A program made the translations under genes and the position numbers. The notes beneath the pieces are model-generated. The model made no database searches and was not told the origin of the DNA. It saw nothing but the letters and a program-made list of their open reading frames with translations. From Nemertoderma westbladi (lineage: Eukaryota > Animalia > Xenacoelomorpha), in contig JAUCBJ010003511.1 of NCBI GenBank assembly GCA_032718475.1, forward strand, positions 1 to 64,000: a stretch of 64,000 bases of DNA. The letters are read 5' to 3'. This document shows positions 49,231 through 61,437 of this stretch, in pieces (position 1 is the stretch's first letter; each line of letters begins with the position of its first letter).

Positions 49231-50522
49231 TTTTCAATGTATTTCGTTATAATTTGTATTTTATTTCGTAAATTGCTCATTATTTGTAAATAAAGTTAGA
49301 ATTATTGTTACATCTGTTTTAACATGATTCACCACGGTGAACTCAACTGAGGGACAGATGGCAGATAATGGCAGTAATGTTTGATCGTGAATAGCTTTGG
49401 GGTAATTTAAATCACATATTAAAAAATATCCAGTAGATCCGTCATTGTCTAAATCTACCAAGTACTCGATTAGTTTTTCTGGAATTGCATTCTCTAAATA
49501 TTTAATACTTACTTCTTTGAATTGTGAGGTGGGTAGTTTTTTACGAGTTGAAATCAATATTAAAAATATGGCATTCTTCCTTAGTAGAATCATATGTACT
49601 TCTTTCGACAAAATGAAACACCACCCCTAGTCACAATATTTTGTTTAACCTAAAGAAATTGAATGTAATAATGCATATACCCCAGGTGTAGAACCTGTTT
49701 ATAATGCTGCAAAAGAAAAGTTGTCCATCGAAGGGTATAATGGAGGGTTCTTGGCAACAGCTATGGAAAAATATATAAGCTTATTTGAACGTTGGAATCG
49801 TTTTGCTGACCATCTTCATTATTAGATTCAGTATGGCAGTGATAAACCCTTTGGCAATGTGAAATATATAGGCAGCGAATAGAGGCACAAGATCAAGGAA
49901 CTGCAGTAGATAATATGTTACATATTCATGGTGGAATTACACTCCACCCAGATTATATTATGAGCTATTATTATTATATTATGAGCTCGAGGAAGGGTTA
50001 GACAAACCTAATATAAGTTTAAATATGGGCACTAGTCGATGATTCGAAAAGCTCGGAGACTCCATCCATATACGATAAACTTACGGTACGCCCGAGCCGG
50101 ACAGAGGAAACCGAACGCCATATCCGTTCTCAACGGAAGATAGTGAGTCGAATGAACAAAGAGATAAAAGATAGCGATGAGGACAATACTACTTCCAGCT
50201 ACAGCATCCGCCCCGATGGTACGATATGGAAGTTCGTAAAGCAGGACGATGGTTACTGGAGACGTGATCGCTCTTGGAAACAGGAGCGGGAAAACGAGTA
50301 AGGGGAGAAACGCGCCAGATTTATCAGCGCAAACAGTCGAACGCAACCAAATCCGACTCACGGCGAAATGAACAACCCAAATCTGGTAATCGCTACCACA
50401 AGCGAAATAATCAATCTGCCCCTAAGGTGCTACTTAACTGCTGCTTGATAAATGCGCGTTCAGTTTGTAACAAACTGAGCGATCTAGAATCGCTGCTATG
50501 TCCACCAAATTATGATATAGTA
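48920..50522 (+). repeat. Copy 2 of the duplicated composite block
   Basis: Near-identical to 45570-47320; its polB piece has a deletion of about 22 bp in motif A. Confidence 0.93.
49335..49620 (-). mobile_element. Duplicate Maverick polB fragment
   Basis: KKLPTSQF...GYFLICDLNYPKAIHDQT. Confidence 0.78.
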
Positions 50523-52115
50523 GGAGTGACAGAATCATGGCTACGTGATTCAGTGACGGACCAAATGATAAACGGTGAAAATAAATATGATGTTTTTAGA
50601 AATGACAGAATTGGTAAAATTGGTGGCGGTGCAGCGCTGCTAATTCGAAACAGCATTAAATGTCGCAAAGTGGGAAGTTTCGATACTGAATGTCTGGCTA
50701 CAGAGGCCGATGTAGTGGCTGTTGATCTTTTAGGTAAAAACCCGTCTCGTATAATCAGTGTCTATCGTCCCCGACCTAACTTACCTTCTGATTCTATATT
50801 GTGCAATTTGTTAGCGAAATTATGCGACATTGAAACGCCGTGTACTATTATTGGCGATTTTAATTTACCTTTAGTTAAATGGGAAGAATCTGAATTTCCC
50901 GACACAGATATATATAAGGTGTTTTCAACGTTTGTTTTGGAAGCTGGTTTATCTCAGCTCCAGTTCAGCCCTACACGTGGCAATAACGTGTTAGATTTAG
51001 TGTTTACCACAGATCAATTCTATATTTCTAACATTGCAGTTACGGTACCATTCGCAACTAGCGACCATAGTACAGTTACTTTTAATCTTTTAGGACCTAA
51101 TCCAGTTTCCACCGAGAACCGGGAATGCCACGGATTTTACGATTTTAAACATGCTGATTACGCAGATTTTACTAACTACATCGACAGTTGCGATACAGTA
51201 GATGATTTTTGGAATGCTTTTTCTTGTAAACTAAAAACGGGTATTGATCAGTTTGTGCCTTTTAAACAATTTAAATCAATCATCAAACCCCACCCCGAAC
51301 ATATTCGTGTTTTACAGCGCAAAAAGAAACAGCTGTGGCGTCACCGGCACACAACCGGGGGCAAAATAGCATATGATCAATGTGCTAAATAAGTTTCTAA
51401 GGAAATCTTCCGTGTGGCTTGCATAAAGGAGAATAAAATTTTATCTTCCGAAAATAAGAGTACCCTTTTCAATTACGTTAATTCCAAGCGTAAAGGAAAG
51501 TCGGGAATTGCCCCTCTGAAACATAAGGAGGATATAGTGGTAGATGATTTGATAAAAGCCCGTATTTTCGCCGAAGTATTAAGCGAAAATTTTAATTTAG
51601 ATAATGATAATATACCTAGTTTTAAACGTAGGATTGATTCTAGAACCAATTTATCAAAAGTTGATTTCTGTCCCGTTACAGTATATGCTATGCTTAGGAA
51701 ACTTAAAAAAAAGACCAGCCGTACACCTGACGGATTACCGAACATTCTCTTCGCAAATTTGTCTCGCTGCATTGCGGCACCATTATCGGCACTTTTCAAA
51801 ATTTCTTTTGAATATCACGCGTTACCGACGATATGGCTTACAGCCAATGTCATTCCGATATACAAAAAGGGAAATCCGTCAGACCCGTACAATTACAGGC
51901 CAGTCTCATTAACATGTGTAGCGTGCAAATTAATGGAATCGTGTATAAAGATTGAAATAGTAAATTATTTGTTTAAACATGGTTTAATATGTAAGGCACA
52001 ACACGGCTTTTTAAAAAAACGCTCTACTTGTTCTCAACTTATTGAATATGTAAAAGATTGGTGTAATTTTCTAGACCATAAGAAATCCTTTGATGTGATA
52101 TACATAGACTATGCT
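50040..52115 (+). mobile_element. CR1-clade LINE: ORF1 C-terminus, APE endonuclease and RT start, 3'-truncated, one TAA at 51390-51392
   Basis: INARSVCNK, VGVTESWL, RNDR..GGG, VYRP, IIGDFNLP, PTRGNNVLDLVFT, SDH; YRPVSLT, QHGFLKKRST, VIYIDY; ORFs 50274 and 51414 share one frame. Confidence 0.95.
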
Positions 52116-52308
52116 GCAGGGGTAGAACCCCACGACCTCTGGAACGATATTAATTCAAGGAAATGGATTTAAATGCTACGATTTAAATGCTACTAATGCT
52201 TGAAAAAAATTGAATATATGCGTGTTTGTATTAGAACACGATCCTTAAAAATACAAAGTATGCTGTCATGTTGTTCGTTCATTCAATATGCTCTAATTAA
52301 CAATAAAC

Positions 52309-52563
52309 ACAATATTGCAATGTTCTAGAGTTAATATACGGAAATAATAACCTTCAGCGAATAAAACTGTAATAATCACTTCTGCCTTATCCTTCAGCAA
52401 ATTAACCTAATATAATAACCTCGGCCTGCGGCCTCGGTAATTATACAGGTTAATTTGCTTCTGGAACGGCATTATTACGGTGTATTATATACGGTGATTA
52501 TTCAGTTTTATTCGCTTCAGGTTATTATTTCCGTATATTAACTCTAGAACATTGCAATATTGT
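52309..52563. mobile_element. 255-bp foldback element with central CCTCGGCCTGCGGCCTCGG
   Basis: Arms of about 70 bp are near-perfect reverse complements (ACAATATTGCAATGTTCTAGAGTTAATATACGGAAATAATAACCT...). Confidence 0.85.
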
Positions 52564-54165
52564 ATGTAAAATGGTGTGCCCACACGTTGCTATACGCATA
52601 ATACTAGACATTACAATAATTATTTATTAGCTTTATAAATATTTACAATAGACATAAATGGGAAAAAACAGAACTCAATTTAACCCGAAATTATAAATAA
52701 CGAATATTATGATGGCATGAACTCTTCTCTTTATATCTATGCACCACAACGGCAAAATAGAACAACACTAGCTATACTACTGTTCTTTTTTGTCATTTAA
52801 AATCTATATCTACTATACTATTACATTACTATCACAAACATTACAAATTTTAGCTAAATAAACGTTAAATTGTAACATTGAAAAATTGTAATGCTATAAC
52901 TATAATGTTACAATCATGTCATACATTGCGTAAATCGAAATTATCTATCTATGGGCTCTATTGATTGATTGATTGATTCTCAAATAACAACACCATGCAC
53001 TTGAATGTTATTGTATTATTTCAGTAGTTATTACTGTGCCAAGAGGTTTTATGTTCTAGAATAAATATTTGACCTTCTGACAGCAAGATGGTAGTGTAAA
53101 GGCTTTTGCGGAATTAGCTGGTTATTTTCCCCGCAAAGTACTCTGTAGGTGTTTTAACGGACATAAAAAGTCTCCCGGGTATATCCAACGGGTGAATGGT
53201 CGCGCATAGGATGGCTTCGGCTAATGTAGTGTATCAAATACTCATCATAGGCTAAAGTCGATTTATAACCTAGAAGACACCTAAATTTGGCAGGTTAAAC
53301 TGCTAAAGGTCTAAAAGCGCGAACAATAACAGTTATAGCTTCTTTATTGCATGTAGGCAATAAAGGGCAAAAGTACCGGTCGACCGGTAACCAATAGGCC
53401 TGACTACCTAACCGCGCCGCTATGCGGATGTTAATGACGGATGAGGTGGCACAGAATGTTAATTGGCGTGGAAAAGGCGGGAAGGTTCCTTTCGGGGAAA
53501 AGTTACAATGTAATATAATGACCGAAGGTCTAAGTAATTCCTCGCTATTTAGCTATTTAAGGACGAAGTTGGAGCAAACCAAACAATTCATAAAATTATG
53601 AAAGTGTGGTTGAAACACGCCAAAGAACGATGTACAAAATCTCACCAATAAAAACTAACAATAATAACTCTAGTACTACAGTATGTATTACCAATATTGA
53701 ATCAAAATTACGTATATATTGTATGTGAAGTATTAGGGCATTATTGAATAGGTCGGTAAAGTTGGAAGGTACATTGAAATTAGGATTCCTTGAAAGGAAA
53801 TCTTTAAGTTTGCGTTGCGAAAAATGCGAAAACTTTTTTTAAACAATATTTTCTTAAGATATGCAAAAAAACGTTTTAGAAACAATTTTTTAATTATCGT
53901 TTGTGACTGTGAGATAGCGCGACGGGGGTCTACGATTTCATGATGATTTGTGAAAAAGGGGGAGGGGGGGGATCTAAATTGTAAAAAAAAGGGTGTGACG
54001 TAATTTAATAATCTGAAAAAATAGATGGAAAAATCAAACATTGTTTTTCAAAAATGATGATGATGGAGACTTTAATTACCAATCGCTTGGTCTTAAAATT
54101 AAGCACTAAAGAATAAATAAAATTTTATGTTAATGACTATTTGTATCACGTTGATAAAAGTAGCA

Positions 54166-54219
54166 CTTTATAGGAAAACAGTAAAGTAAACGAGTAGACC
54201 TACTGTTTTCCTATAAAGT
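54166..54219. repeat. Hairpin with stem of about 19 bp
   Basis: ACTTTATAGGAAAACAGTA ... TACTGTTTTCCTATAAAGT. Confidence 0.8.
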
Positions 54220-57200
54220 AATTTTATCAGTGTGTATAATTTTGTTCAAAAATTGAAATATTTCTCTCCGACTTCCCGATGAGGCGTTGTTTAATACAAC
54301 GTACCGTACCGTTAGCGGTACCGTACAGTGTTTATCGCCAACTGCTGTTTGATATGCTGATTGCAAGGCCTACTCCTAGAGTACTATGGTGCGCCATAGA
54401 ATTTGACCCCATAAGTTTGGTTTACGTATAGGTGAGCGTACAAAAAACTGACAGAAGGATTGAAATGTTTCAATTTTTATATATGTTAAAAATGAATACT
54501 TGAAGAAAGTCTAAGAAGGCTCGGTGAAGAGGGTTATGATTGGATGTGGATAGGCTGTTTTCAATAATGCCCAGTTTATACAGTAGTTAGTTATATATAA
54601 CGTTAAGTATACATTGATGTACAAACAAATTTCTAACTAAAGACGGGTGAATGACCATGACCATGGAAATAATTTTAAATATAATTGTATATCAACTATT
54701 TGGGGAGGCTTCCAAGTTAAACCCGAAAACAATTATTTTGTTACATATATAGTAAATAACGTTGTATGTTCTTCTTCCTCTCATAATAAAATATAAATGA
54801 AATATCTCAGATAGCTATGCCCTGTAACTTTTCACAACCAAAATATTTAAGTGTGAAAAGTGTAGGCCTACCACGCCCCACCCAAACAGGCCAAACAGGC
54901 ATATGCAATTGAATGAGCCATCTACAAGTAAATAAAGGCTAATGTATATTGTAATTGTTAGACAGATACTGGTGCACAAGGTATAATACAGTTGTGACAG
55001 TATGCAAGCTACAATTTTAGTATAGATTTATTATATGCAAACATATGCATAACAGCAACAAGTAACATCTCTAAGTTATTCAGGTAGATTCAACGTATTA
55101 TATCATAGCTGTTTTTGCATTTTATAAGCAACATCTTTGGTCTACGCGGTATATTTAATATAGTTGTTATGTAAAGTTTATTTTGCGTTTATATTTGCGC
55201 TGTTGCATATACAGCGATATAGTAAACTCTTGAATCCTAATAGATTTTCGGCATAGTCTATATTAGTAAACAAGGTATTTAAGTAATTAAAGTTTTTCCC
55301 TTTAACAAATTTTGATGTTGTTTAAATTAGCAAATTACAATGTCAAAAGTTTCCAAAGAACGTTTTTCCCATAGAATCCAGTCAAAACCTCCTGCAAAGT
55401 TACAGGATCAATTGAATGATACTAAAGAAAGGGTCAATAAGTTACTAACTATGACAATAGAGATGTTAACATCGTTAGATGCCATCCAAGAATACGTTTT
55501 GCTTTTAAAAACATAGAAATTAAGATGCTTATATAGTGCATATCAAGACCTACATGCCAGATAGATTAAAGTTTATTTAGGTCTTACTAGGTACTTACTA
55601 TACTATTGCTTTATTTTTAATTGACATATCTCAGCTCATATTTTTTACTATTACATTTTTAGTGGTGGGAAAACTAAAAAAAGCAATTCTTAAATTAAAG
55701 AAAATGGAAATATCAGTTAAATTTACAAATGCTATTAATAAATAAGAGAAAAAACTTGAATGAAAAAATTGATATGAAAAAAAGACAGTAAAAGTTAAAG
55801 CCCCAATTGCCCATTTTCATATTGTACTGTATTTGTAACCAAGTAACATAAATGACCCCCATGGAAATAAGCTGCAAAGCTTTTGTTAGCGGATCCAATT
55901 CGCTGCACTACCCAGCGGAAAATGGGCAAAGTGATGATTTACCAATTACAGTTGGCTACGCGACATTACCAATATTATGTCACCTACCAACGCATGGGGC
56001 AACATACATTGCCAATTTGTTAAACAACCGCGACACCTATACTAACAGCAGAACTGTTGAACAGACAAATACCCGTATACCTCTCTGCCAACCTAATGAG
56101 CTCTCGCCTAACCAATAAGACACAAAGACTGCTCTACTGTTAAGTAAAGGGGATCAGGAGCGTGATATTACTAAATTGTAAAGGTTGCTAAATACAAAAC
56201 CGCTACTTACCGTTGGATGGCGCTAATCTGCCGTCCGCTAATATATTTTACACAGCTCCTGCAAAATCGCTTGTTCCTTTCTCTACCGATCGCTCGATAG
56301 AGAGCTAACTGTTCGAATCTATAAGCCACGCGGGAAGCCACGCTTTGCACTCAGAGTATTCTTACGCCTAATTTTACTACTGAAATACGCTAATGCTTAC
56401 GTCTTTTCTAATCGCGAATACTGAGGGTTCCCTAATGGAATGTGTGAATGCGAGAATATTTAAATAAATCAAAATTGGTACAGTACAATGTCTTTCGTGG
56501 GTGATACCGGTCTAGGTATTGGTACTGGGTCGACTGGGTCTAAACTTGCCTGCAGCTGGCTTTAGGCCAGCAACTTACTAGTGTCTTGCGTACTGACTAC
56601 TGCGATCTAGCTTATTGCCCGCTAATGCAAATAACCGCTCAGCGTGAATAGTTTACGGTACTCTAAATTATTACCTTAGCTACTCTCCGCTATGCTGCGT
56701 ACTAATTCTTAATTTTACTAATCAATTACAGTCACAAATATGTAACAGCGTACTAATTACTAAGAGTTCCAGAATGCGTAACTCTAATTTATTACACAAC
56801 AGGTTTCGCTAGTAATAGCCTAAAATGCCGTATTACTTTGACCTAATCAGTAATTATTTGTTGTAACTAAGAAATAGAAATCAATCAAAGAGAAAGGGGC
56901 GCCTACCTAAGCATTCGTAATCATAGGCACACTTCAGTAACACACCAATCAGCGTCAGCAATCACAGATCACAATAGCACGACTTGCAATTATACAATCT
57001 GCAATTATATAATTCGCAACATAATAATTCGCAATTGACTAATTCGCAATCTACTTACTCGCAACCTACCTACTCGCAACTTACTTACTCGCAACTTACT
57101 TACTTACTGTAAGGTATGCAGGCCCCTCCCGGGTACATCTAGGCTTCCTAACTAACCCAATTCCTGCCCCCCTAATACTAAATAGAGACAAAACCTTGGA

Positions 57201-58099
57201 TCATCAGCCCCCTAATTACTGTACCGGCGAGCGGTTTCCAACCCACAGTCCAAACTGTCCGACCGCAACGTTGACCCCCGCCAGCATTGCCCGCTTTTGA
57301 ATCCTCCGCTCTCCCTTAGTCGCTCAACCCCCCGATGTGCCCACCGCCTACTGGCACCTTAGCCCTCCATTATGCTAATAGCTACCGTAGCGGCGCATGC
57401 AAATCACAAAGTCTGACAGTCTCAGAAATCCCTTAGGATTATTGCGTAGAAAGGAATCACATAGAACCATTAACAAAAGGTAGAAATCATAGTTCCGGTT
57501 GTAATTAGCAGTAATCGATAGGATTAATTGAGAAACACAATCAAGAATAATCGCACTAGCAAATCATTTTGAGAAATTAATCAAATTGCAGAAATACGCT
57601 AAAATATCTGAATAAGGATGTAAGGGTTGGTGATAGGGGTGATAGGTACAGCTCTACCGGCACACCGCCAATTTATAGGTGATCTGAGTGGGGTGATGCA
57701 ATAGGGTGACTCAATCGCTCTCCTATTGGCTCTCCAGTCCGCGCTAGCATTAGACCAACCTGGAAGCAGTTAGTCCAATAAGGAGGCCGGATTGTAGCCC
57801 TATTGCTGCCCAAACCTCAAATTATTACCATATATGGTAATGGATCATGTCCCTGGCTGCTGAATGGCCAGGACAGCGTCCCTATATCTAGCCCTATTGA
57901 AGCTAATAACAGCAAGCACAAAATCCAGGGTCCGACTAAACTTGCTACCCTGGAACTATCTACCTATATCCTAATACAAAATTACGTAGGTAGGGCTACA
58001 TATTATACAAAATGGATGGATTCAAATATATGGGCGTTTCGATTTCCCTATCTAAATATCACCTCGCTATTATACCTTATCTAAAATATTATGCTGCAC

Positions 58100-58187
58100 A
58101 ACGGACTAATATTGCGTACAGTATAACGGACTAATATTGCGTACAGTATAACGGACTAATATTGCGTACAGTATAACGGACTAATAT
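58100..58187. repeat. 25-bp tandem repeat, 3.5 copies
   Basis: AACGGACTAATATTGCGTACAGTAT. Confidence 0.93.
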
Positions 58188-58188
58188 A

Positions 58189-60523
58189 TTATACTGCATA
58201 ATGACTAATAATGTGGATACAGCGCCATATACCGTAACACAATTGGTTAGGGAGAGATGACAGGTTACAAGCCACAGAAGTTAGGGACTGCCAGAGGGGA
58301 TAATAGATTGCCAATGGTGGGGCAATTTTTTGTGGTGATACATTTGAATGGGCAGTTAATTTTATATAAGGTTCCTTTATTGGTGGGCTTTGTGGAGTTT
58401 GTATAGTTGGACTATCTGGTGTTGTGGGGGTTGAAATAGTTGGCCTATCTGGTGTTGTGGTGGTTGGATTAGTTGGCCTATCTGGTGTTGTGGGGGTTGG
58501 ATTAGTTGGCCTATCTGGTGTTGTGGAGGTTGGATTAGTTGGCCTATCTGGTGTTGTGGAGGTTGGGATAGTTGGCCTATCTGGTGTAGTGGGGGTTATT
58601 GGAGGTGTTAATAGGAGCTGATGTAGAGCATTATGGGCAGCTAATACATTTTTAACCCCAAACTTAGAGTCTATGCAAGCGATTTTTTCTGAGTGTGCTA
58701 AATAGAACGATGCAGCTTTCTGAGTTTCTTCGTCAAAACCCATAGCTGCAGTCTCTAACAACTTGCGACAAGCCGTGGGAGTTAAATTGTGGTATGGAAT
58801 TTCGGGGAATGTGTCGTAAAGTCTCTTTAATTCCTGTCCAGGGCTAATGAATTGCTTACCTACTGTATTTAGAAAGACATATTTTAGATCATTAGCAATA
58901 TCTACAGATTTGGGTTGCATTCGAACGATTTTAGGTCTAATATTTTCAGTATAGAATAAAGTTTCATCATAGAGATCATCTGATAAGCCAAAATGGGCAA
59001 GCAACTCAGCAACAGCAACAACATACCATCCCCACAGAATTTAGGTTGCCCCCCACGACGAAACTCAGAAAGCTGTCAAGTGCTCACAACCATCGGTCTT
59101 TGTACTTCTAGAACCATAAGGGGGGCCATGAGGGACCTCATATCAAGCAACAACAAGAACAAGAACAACAAGACTTAGAGAAGGGCTCACAACAAGAAGG
59201 TAATCTGTCCTATTTATTTGTTTTTGGCGTAGTAAATTTTGTTTTGCTAATTCAACTTGCTCCTTAACATTACTATCTGTTATAATACGTATAGTTTCTC
59301 GTGGATCTCTATCTACAAACTTTTCATAGTCCTCTATCCTACGTTGTATAATTAACTCATCCTCTTCATAACTCTTACTTATGAGGTTAGAAATACTCGA
59401 CTTTTGGAAGGCTTGGTGAGCATCTAAACAATCTTTAAATTGGTCCCACAATGAGTCAGGTTTTATTCTAAAGTGGCCTTACTCGTTTATTCTGAACTTC
59501 ATGTACTTCTTTAAGTTTTTTAATGGATACTTAATACTCTCTGCAGTCATTCCTAATTCCTTAAGCTTGTATAAATACTCATCTACATAGTGTGTATTCC
59601 TCATGTTTTTTACCGGTTCGGTCATTTATATAGCTTGCGATTTTAAGTACGTCATAGGATTGGGATAACTTTTGGATAACTTTGCCCCCCCCCCCCAGAT
59701 TTCCCTTCCATCCTATTACATTCTGAAAGGTAAAACCTATTAACAGATGGTGCTTTGTCCAGGTTGAAACGTTTATATAGTCCAGCATTTTGAATTTTAG
59801 ATTTTGTTGACCCTTCCCCCCATGATATAGATGGTTCTGATAGATGTTCTTGATTTTCTGTTCTTAATTTTTTCGGTGAGTTTTGAGGACTTTCACTAAA
59901 GCTAGTATCAGAATCCGAGTCAAATATACGACACTTTCTTTTATGATTTATTTTTATTAATAGTTTATTTGGTGAACTTGGAGGGGCATAGGAACAAGAG
60001 GGTGGCACATCAAGACCAATCAGTGGTGAATGCACATTTACCACAGATGGACGATCAGTGGAGGTGCAGGCTGATGTTTCATGCTTTAATGTAGCACCTG
60101 CAGAGTTATCTATGTTAGTCGTATCAATATCAACCTCATATCTTTTTAAAAAGCTACAGAGCTTTACAACACTGATCCCACCACCCGCAAGTATTTCTCC
60201 TACCACCTCCACTATATTTCCAAGGGAAATAGAAATATTACCCTAAGGTTTTCTACTTCTTCCACATCAGTATTATTAGTATTCTTGGGGAAATTTTTAT
60301 CAAGTCTGGCCTTTTGGTACAACCTACCTACTTCTTCCTGTGAAAACTTACTGTACTTAGCTCTATTAGCTTAACACTACAAGCTGTACTTAGCTTAACA
60401 CTTGCTCTCACCTGGCATCAGGGTGTGGTGCTTGAGGTGGCTTAATAAGTATTGTGTGGGTTCTTTGAACGAACAACCATCAACGGGACAAACAAGGTAG
60501 GTACGATTTTTGTGAGGTGCCAT
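58189..60523 (-). mobile_element. Crypton-like tyrosine recombinase gene with N-terminal C2H2 finger, pseudogenised
   Basis: MAPHKNRTYLVCPVDGCSFKEPTQYLLSHLKHH; LKELGMTAESIKYPLKNLKKYMKF; RSLMAPLMVLEVQRP; YTENIRP...YVFLNTVGK; LTPTACRKLLET; FYLAHSEKIA; C-terminal TTPDRPTNP repeats; several frameshifts. Confidence 0.72.
58400..58600. repeat. 30-bp coding tandem repeat (Pro/Thr-rich), about 6 copies
   Basis: AGTTGGCCTATCTGGTGTTGTGGRGGTTGG. Confidence 0.9.
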
Positions 60524-61191
60524 TTGTAAATTCGGAGAAACGTATATGCAGTCAAACAAGAAGGAGTAACTTTGAAGGAATGAGTTGAAAATTAAAACAA
60601 GAAAGATACAATTTGGAGGACCGAGTTAACAATTTAGAGAAATGTAGACATAGTCAAACGTCAGTAGGTGGAGAGATGAAACAGCTGAGGTGATGGAAAC
60701 TTGCTTTAGACCTAATAGTTAATGTTTGCCGTTTGCAGATTAGAGCTTGAGTTAGAACAATTTACTTTTTTATTGAGAATAATAATAGATATAATTTAGC
60801 TATACAGTAATATAATTTAATTTAGCATAATTTAATTTATTATTAAGCAACCGATGGCGGCTGTCCATAATGGTTATGGGTATTTTGAATTGTGACCCTA
60901 CAGTTTGTTATATTTATAGCAGGTGCCTTCGACATAATTAGATTATATAACCTATACCGATAAGTTTAAAAATATAGTTTTAATAAAAATTTACTAATTG
61001 CGTTTACTAATATATCTGTACGGTAGTTTCTGAAAGGAGAACAGGTCTTGAACAAGTGTAAGTCTGTTAAATAGGATGTACTAATACTGTAATTATCCAA
61101 TCACAGGCCCCAATGGACTGTTGTAATACATTGAATGCTGGGCGGGGAGGCTAGTTACTGGGTTAGTCTATCAAATAAAAACCAATATTGC

Positions 61192-61437
61192 TTATATTGG
61201 GTAGTTAGGCCCCTACCTATATCCAATCACAGGGTTATATTGGGTAGTTAGGCCCCTATCTATATCCAATCACAGGGTTATATTGGGTAGTTAGGCCCAA
61301 CCTATATCCAATCACAGGGTTATATTGGGTAGTTAGGCCCCAACCTATATCCAATCACAGGGTTATATTGGGTAGTTAGGCCCCAACCTATATCCAATCA
61401 CAGGGTTATAATGGGTAGTTAGGCCCCAACCTATATC
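61192..61437. repeat. 43-bp minisatellite, about 6 copies, each with opposed ATTGG/CCAAT boxes
   Basis: TTATATTGGGTAGTTAGGCCCCAACCTATATCCAATCACAGGG. Confidence 0.93.

Noticed and set aside
53900-54010. Harbinger-type MITE end (also near 14320-14390 and 25695-25790)
   Set aside because: No partner TIR or TSD could be paired
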